Shown here one piece after another: positions 15,589 to 18,551 of a stretch of 18,551 nucleotides of DNA. Made by a program: the position numbers and the translations under genes. The stretch's first letter is position 1. Each line of letters starts with the position of its first letter. The DNA is from an archaeon. GTDB lineage: Archaea > Nanobdellota > Nanobdellia > Woesearchaeales > UBA9642. Where the stretch lies: the NCBI GenBank assembly GCA_043806035.1, contig JAZDHK010000012.1:1-18551 (forward strand), read 5' to 3'. The notes below the pieces were generated by a model. The model did no database searches. It was not told the origin of the DNA and worked only from the letters and a program-made list of their open reading frames with translations.

Positions 15589-16896
15589 TTATAATTTATC
15601 CGCAGTCAGCACTTGCATGCCGCCGGTCGGTTGCTCGACGGTGTCCATGGCGCAAAGATAGGATACGCCTGCGCGCTCTGCTGCTTGCATGAGCTCCTTG
15701 TCGATGATGCCGTCGAAGATGACTGCGAAGATGCCTGACTTCAGGCTCTTGATCGTGCCACCAAGTTCAGTGACGGGAACCTTGCCAAGAATGGTCAGGC
15801 TGTTGTCGAGGATGTACGCTCCTCTCGTCCCTATCAAGGATTCGAGCAGTTCAGAGAAGCTTGCCCGTTCTTCATCAGTGAGTTTGCGTGGTTCTTTGCG
15901 GGGCATCTGCCTATCCTGGCGTTCAGGACGGTCTTGCCTTTCTGACCTGGAGTCCTGTCGGGATTCTCTCTCCTGGCGAGGGTCTGGCCGTTGCTGGCGC
16001 TGCTCTCGCTTGCGTTCTTCCTGCTGCGTCATGATGCTGTTGTGGTACTGGGAGCCTTCCTTGCCCGTAATCTCCAGTTTCACCTGCTCGGCTGCAATCC
16101 TGCTGCGCAAGGCCTTGTGGATTTCCTTCTTTGCGAGCTCTTCCACTTCCTTGCCGTCAGGTGCCTTGGTGATGTAGTCAATATCAGTCACGTCGAGCAA
16201 CTCCTGGATGATGAGGTTGCCGCCTCTGTCGCCATCGACAAAGACCGTGACCACCTTCTTCCTGCACAAGTCGATGACCGTCTCAGGAACTGAGGAACCG
16301 TTGATGGCTATGCAGTTCTTGAAGCCGTGCTTGAGCATATTAAGGACGTCTGCCCTGCCTTCTACGACGATGATTTCTTCAGACTCGTCGATCATGGGGC
16401 CTGCAGGGACGCGATCCTTGCCGTACTCCTTGATTTCAGAGACTCTGACGGAGCTGGACACTTCATCAGCAAGATCTCTTGAGTCGGGCATCATGTCTTC
16501 TGTCAGCGTCTTGAGGAGTTCCTTTGCACGTTCGATGACGAACTGCCTCTTCGAGATTCTGACGTCTTCTATCTTATCGACCAGGATTTTTGCGTTGCAC
16601 GGACCTATTCGTTGAATAATCTCCAATGCTGCCGCGACGATTGCCGTCTCTGACTTGTCCAGAGAACTGGGCAGGATGATCTCTCCCTTTGTCTTTCCGT
16701 TCCTAATTTCGAGGTTGACCTCTATTCGTCCTATCTTTCCTGAGCGCTGTAATTCTCTCAATTCAAGGTCTGCTCCAAGAAGTCCTTCTGTCTGGCCAAA
16801 AACTGCTCCTATGACGTCTGGCCTGTCCACGACACCATCTATCTGGATGGCACTGTGTACTATGTATTTTGCCGCTACCGGGCTTATCTTTCCCAT
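15589..16896 (-). CDS. dnaG: Archaeal DnaG (bacterial-type primase homolog, exosome-associated)
   Basis: N-terminal GVVDRPDVIGAVFGQTEGLLG..L.LRELQRSGKIGRI; TOPRIM motifs VEGRADV and DGDRGG; APDGKEVEEL. SD AGGTGA upstream (plus strand TCACCT, 16901-16906). Confidence 0.96.
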   Translation of the reverse strand: MGKISPVAAKYIVHSAIQIDGVVDRPDVIGAVFGQTEGLLGADLELRELQRSGKIGRIEVNLEIRNGKTKGEIILPSSLDKSETAIVAAALEIIQRIGPCNAKILVDKIEDVRISKRQFVIERAKELLKTLTEDMMPDSRDLADEVSSSVRVSEIKEYGKDRVPAGPMIDESEEIIVVEGRADVLNMLKHGFKNCIAINGSSVPETVIDLCRKKVVTVFVDGDRGGNLIIQELLDVTDIDYITKAPDGKEVEELAKKEIHKALRSRIAAEQVKLEITGKEGSQYHNSIMTQQEERKREQRQQRPDPRQERESRQDSRSERQDRPERQDRQMPRKEPRKLTDEERASFSELLESLIGTRGAYILDNSLTILGKVPVTELGGTIKSLKSGIFAVIFDGIIDKELMQAAERAGVSYLCAMDTVEQPTGGMQVLTADKL

Positions 16897-17043
16897 AATT
16901 TCACCTGTGGTGAGAAAAAGCTCTGCTTAAGACGATGCTATTTGCACAATGTGTCTTCGTGAATTGATGAGCATGCTTTTCCTCTTGAGAACTGCACTTA
17001 TCCCTAGACGCTGTTGCGCGTGAGTGAATGTGAAGTTCATGTG

Positions 17044-17113
17044 TCAGAAATCGCCTGCGATTTCTGATCACGATCAAGAACCACGCGTCACATACGTTAC
17101 TGGTGGTTCTTGA
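17044..17113. repeat. Twin perfect inverted repeats (REP/MITE-like palindromic element)
   Basis: TCAGAAATCGC-ct-GCGATTTCTGA (17044-17067) and TCAAGAACCAC-18 nt-GTGGTTCTTGA (17074-17113). Both have 11-bp arms and are bounded TCA...TGA. Confidence 0.7.
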
Positions 17114-17118
17114 CGATC

Positions 17119-17294
17119 GCCATAACCCAAAAAAGGGTTGTTGCCCGCAACACTAACTCTCAAGGTCATCACCAGACTCAGTCTTGAGTTCCCCCGAGTA
17201 ACTCTCGTGGCGGGCTGTAATGTGCAAGAGTGTCTCCAAGTCCCAGCTCAGCCTTAGGCAGAGCTCCTAAGAGGACCCATTTGCACACAATGGC
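17119..17294 (-). ncRNA. Candidate ~176-nt structured RNA (multi-branch, K-loop) upstream of dnaG
   Basis: Closing helix GCCAU/AUGGC; inner helices UGUGCAA/UUGCACA, GCCCGC/GCGGGC, CUCAAG/CUUGAG and AACCC/GGGUU; a CUGA-5nt-GUGAUGA motif at a hairpin apex. A TATA box lies 24 nt upstream of the first G. Confidence 0.6.
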
Positions 17295-17317
17295 TATAAA
17301 AAGGAAAGCAAATAGGC

Positions 17318-17352
17318 TATTTAAACTTTGTGGTTTGCATAAGATTTATATA
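17318..17352. promoter_or_regulatory. Divergent TATA promoters for the ncRNA/dnaG transcript (-) and pan (+)
   Basis: Minus-strand CAAAG-TTTAAATA (TATA 17325-17318). Plus-strand TTTATATA (17345-17352) lies 24 nt before pan ATG 17376, implying a leaderless transcript. Confidence 0.7.
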
Positions 17353-17375
17353 TTCTTCAAGGAATACTACCCGCC

Positions 17376-18551
17376 ATGAAAACTGCTACTGACCAAAATC
17401 AATCAAAGAGTTCTTCAATCGACAAAAAAATCCCGGAAAAAATTGAGTTTGGGTATACTGCGCCGATGAATGAGTTAGAAGAGGAAAATAGGTTATTAAA
17501 AGAGACAATTAATCAATTACGGGAAGAAATTGCCAGATTTCGGGCTCCTGCTCTCATGGTTGCCGAAATTTCGGAAGTGCAGGGAGAAAATGCCATCATC
17601 CGCATCCCTAACGGCAATAAGTTCTTCGTCAACGTCTCCAAGCACATCAAGAACCTCCAGGCAGGAGAAACCGTGCTCGTAGAGCAAAAAAACCTCACCG
17701 TCATAGACAAGACGAGCACAACAAAGAATTTTGACGTAGACAAGTATATCATCATCGAAAAACCCACCATAACCTGGAAGGAAGTTGGCGGATTAGGCAG
17801 ACAGGCAGAGGACGTCAGAGAAGTCATAGAACTGCCCTTGCAGCATCCCGAGCTCTTCGAGCAAGTGGGCATAACCCCCCCGAAAGGCATCCTGCTCCAC
17901 GGCCCTCCGGGCACGGGCAAGACACTCCTTGCGAAAGCAGTGGCGAATGCGACAAATGCCACGTTCATTGAGATTGTGGCGTCTGAACTAGTGCAGAAGT
18001 TCATCGGTGAGGGCGCAAAGCTCGTCAAGGAGATCTTCGAGCTTGCCAAGGAAAGAGCGCCAAGCATCATCTTTATCGACGAGCTCGATGCGCTTGCCGC
18101 CAAGCGTATAGACTTGGGAACGTCAGGAGAACGGGAAGTGCAGAGGACATTCATGCAATTGCTTGCGGAAATCGATGGTTTCAAACCTCTATCTAATGTC
18201 AAGGTCATCGGATGCACGAACCGCAAGGACATCCTCGATCCCGCAATCCTCAGACCGGGTAGGCTGGACAGGCTCATCGAAGTGCCCACTCCTGATGCTG
18301 CAGGCATGCGGGAAATCTTCAAGATCCACACGAGAAGGATGCATCTTGAGAAGGTGAACATCGACAAGCTTGTAGGAAAGATGAAAGACTTCTCCGGAGC
18401 GGAAATAAAGGCAGTCTGCACCGAAGCGGGCTACTTTGCCATTAGAAACAAGCGCAGGATTGTGACCCAGAAAGACCTCCTCGACGCCATCATTAAAGTG
18501 AAGAACATGGAAGAGCTCGAGGGTGATGAGTACTTGGGCATGTTCGGCTAA
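17376..18551 (+). CDS. pan: Proteasome-activating nucleotidase (PAN, AAA+)
   Basis: N-terminal coiled coil and OB region, Walker A GPPGTGKT, pore loop KFIGEGA, Walker B IIFIDELD, SRH TNRKDILDPAILRPGRLDR, and C-terminal HbYX-like MFG. Confidence 0.96.
   Translation: MKTATDQNQSKSSSIDKKIPEKIEFGYTAPMNELEEENRLLKETINQLREEIARFRAPALMVAEISEVQGENAIIRIPNGNKFFVNVSKHIKNLQAGETVLVEQKNLTVIDKTSTTKNFDVDKYIIIEKPTITWKEVGGLGRQAEDVREVIELPLQHPELFEQVGITPPKGILLHGPPGTGKTLLAKAVANATNATFIEIVASELVQKFIGEGAKLVKEIFELAKERAPSIIFIDELDALAAKRIDLGTSGEREVQRTFMQLLAEIDGFKPLSNVKVIGCTNRKDILDPAILRPGRLDRLIEVPTPDAAGMREIFKIHTRRMHLEKVNIDKLVGKMKDFSGAEIKAVCTEAGYFAIRNKRRIVTQKDLLDAIIKVKNMEELEGDEYLGMFG

Noticed and set aside
16897-17375. tRNA, SRP RNA or RNase P RNA in the dnaG-pan spacer
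   Set aside because: I found no T-loop GTTCRA, no SRP helix-8 motif and no RNase P GAGGAAAGUCC-type region on either strand. A highly diverged version cannot be excluded without a covariance search.
17513-18421. 302-aa antisense ORF, and other long minus-strand ORFs such as 12447..13112
   Set aside because: Antisense shadows of conserved genes (pan, moxR) caused by codon bias.
1-18551. CRISPR array, transposase, integrase or diversity-generating retroelement
   Set aside because: No regularly spaced repeats, no mobile-element or reverse-transcriptase ORF, and no near-identical template/variable repeat pair was noticed. The paralogs are diverged at the DNA level.

Overview
Archaeal chromosomal DNA. 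The TATA/BRE promoters, archaeal DnaG and PAN, and the style of the secreted proteins suggest a DPANN/Woesearchaeota-like organism (inference). Bases 1-11346 (+) form a tightly coupled cell-surface gene cluster: a 5'-truncated Ig-domain protein, two paralogous membrane-anchored Ig-fold proteins (DUF916/PapD-like), one 211-aa and two ~134-aa pilin-like proteins sharing an FG...Ig motif set, two tiny TM + beta-strand peptides, three ribbon-helix-helix genes missed by the ORF track, and two large sequon-rich cadherin-like adhesins. Next come a stand-alone copy of one adhesin's cytoplasmic tail (-), a MoxR-DUF58-vWA(BatA-like)-YjbQ operon (+), dnaG (-) and pan (+). Two leads stand out. The first is a possible donor-strand-exchange, chaperone-assisted pilus or surface-filament system with membrane-anchored 'donor-strand-only' peptides. 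The second is a ~176-nt structured RNA upstream of dnaG, with its own TATA box and a K-loop, followed by a twin-hairpin REP-like element. All family assignments come from motifs read by eye; no searches were run.
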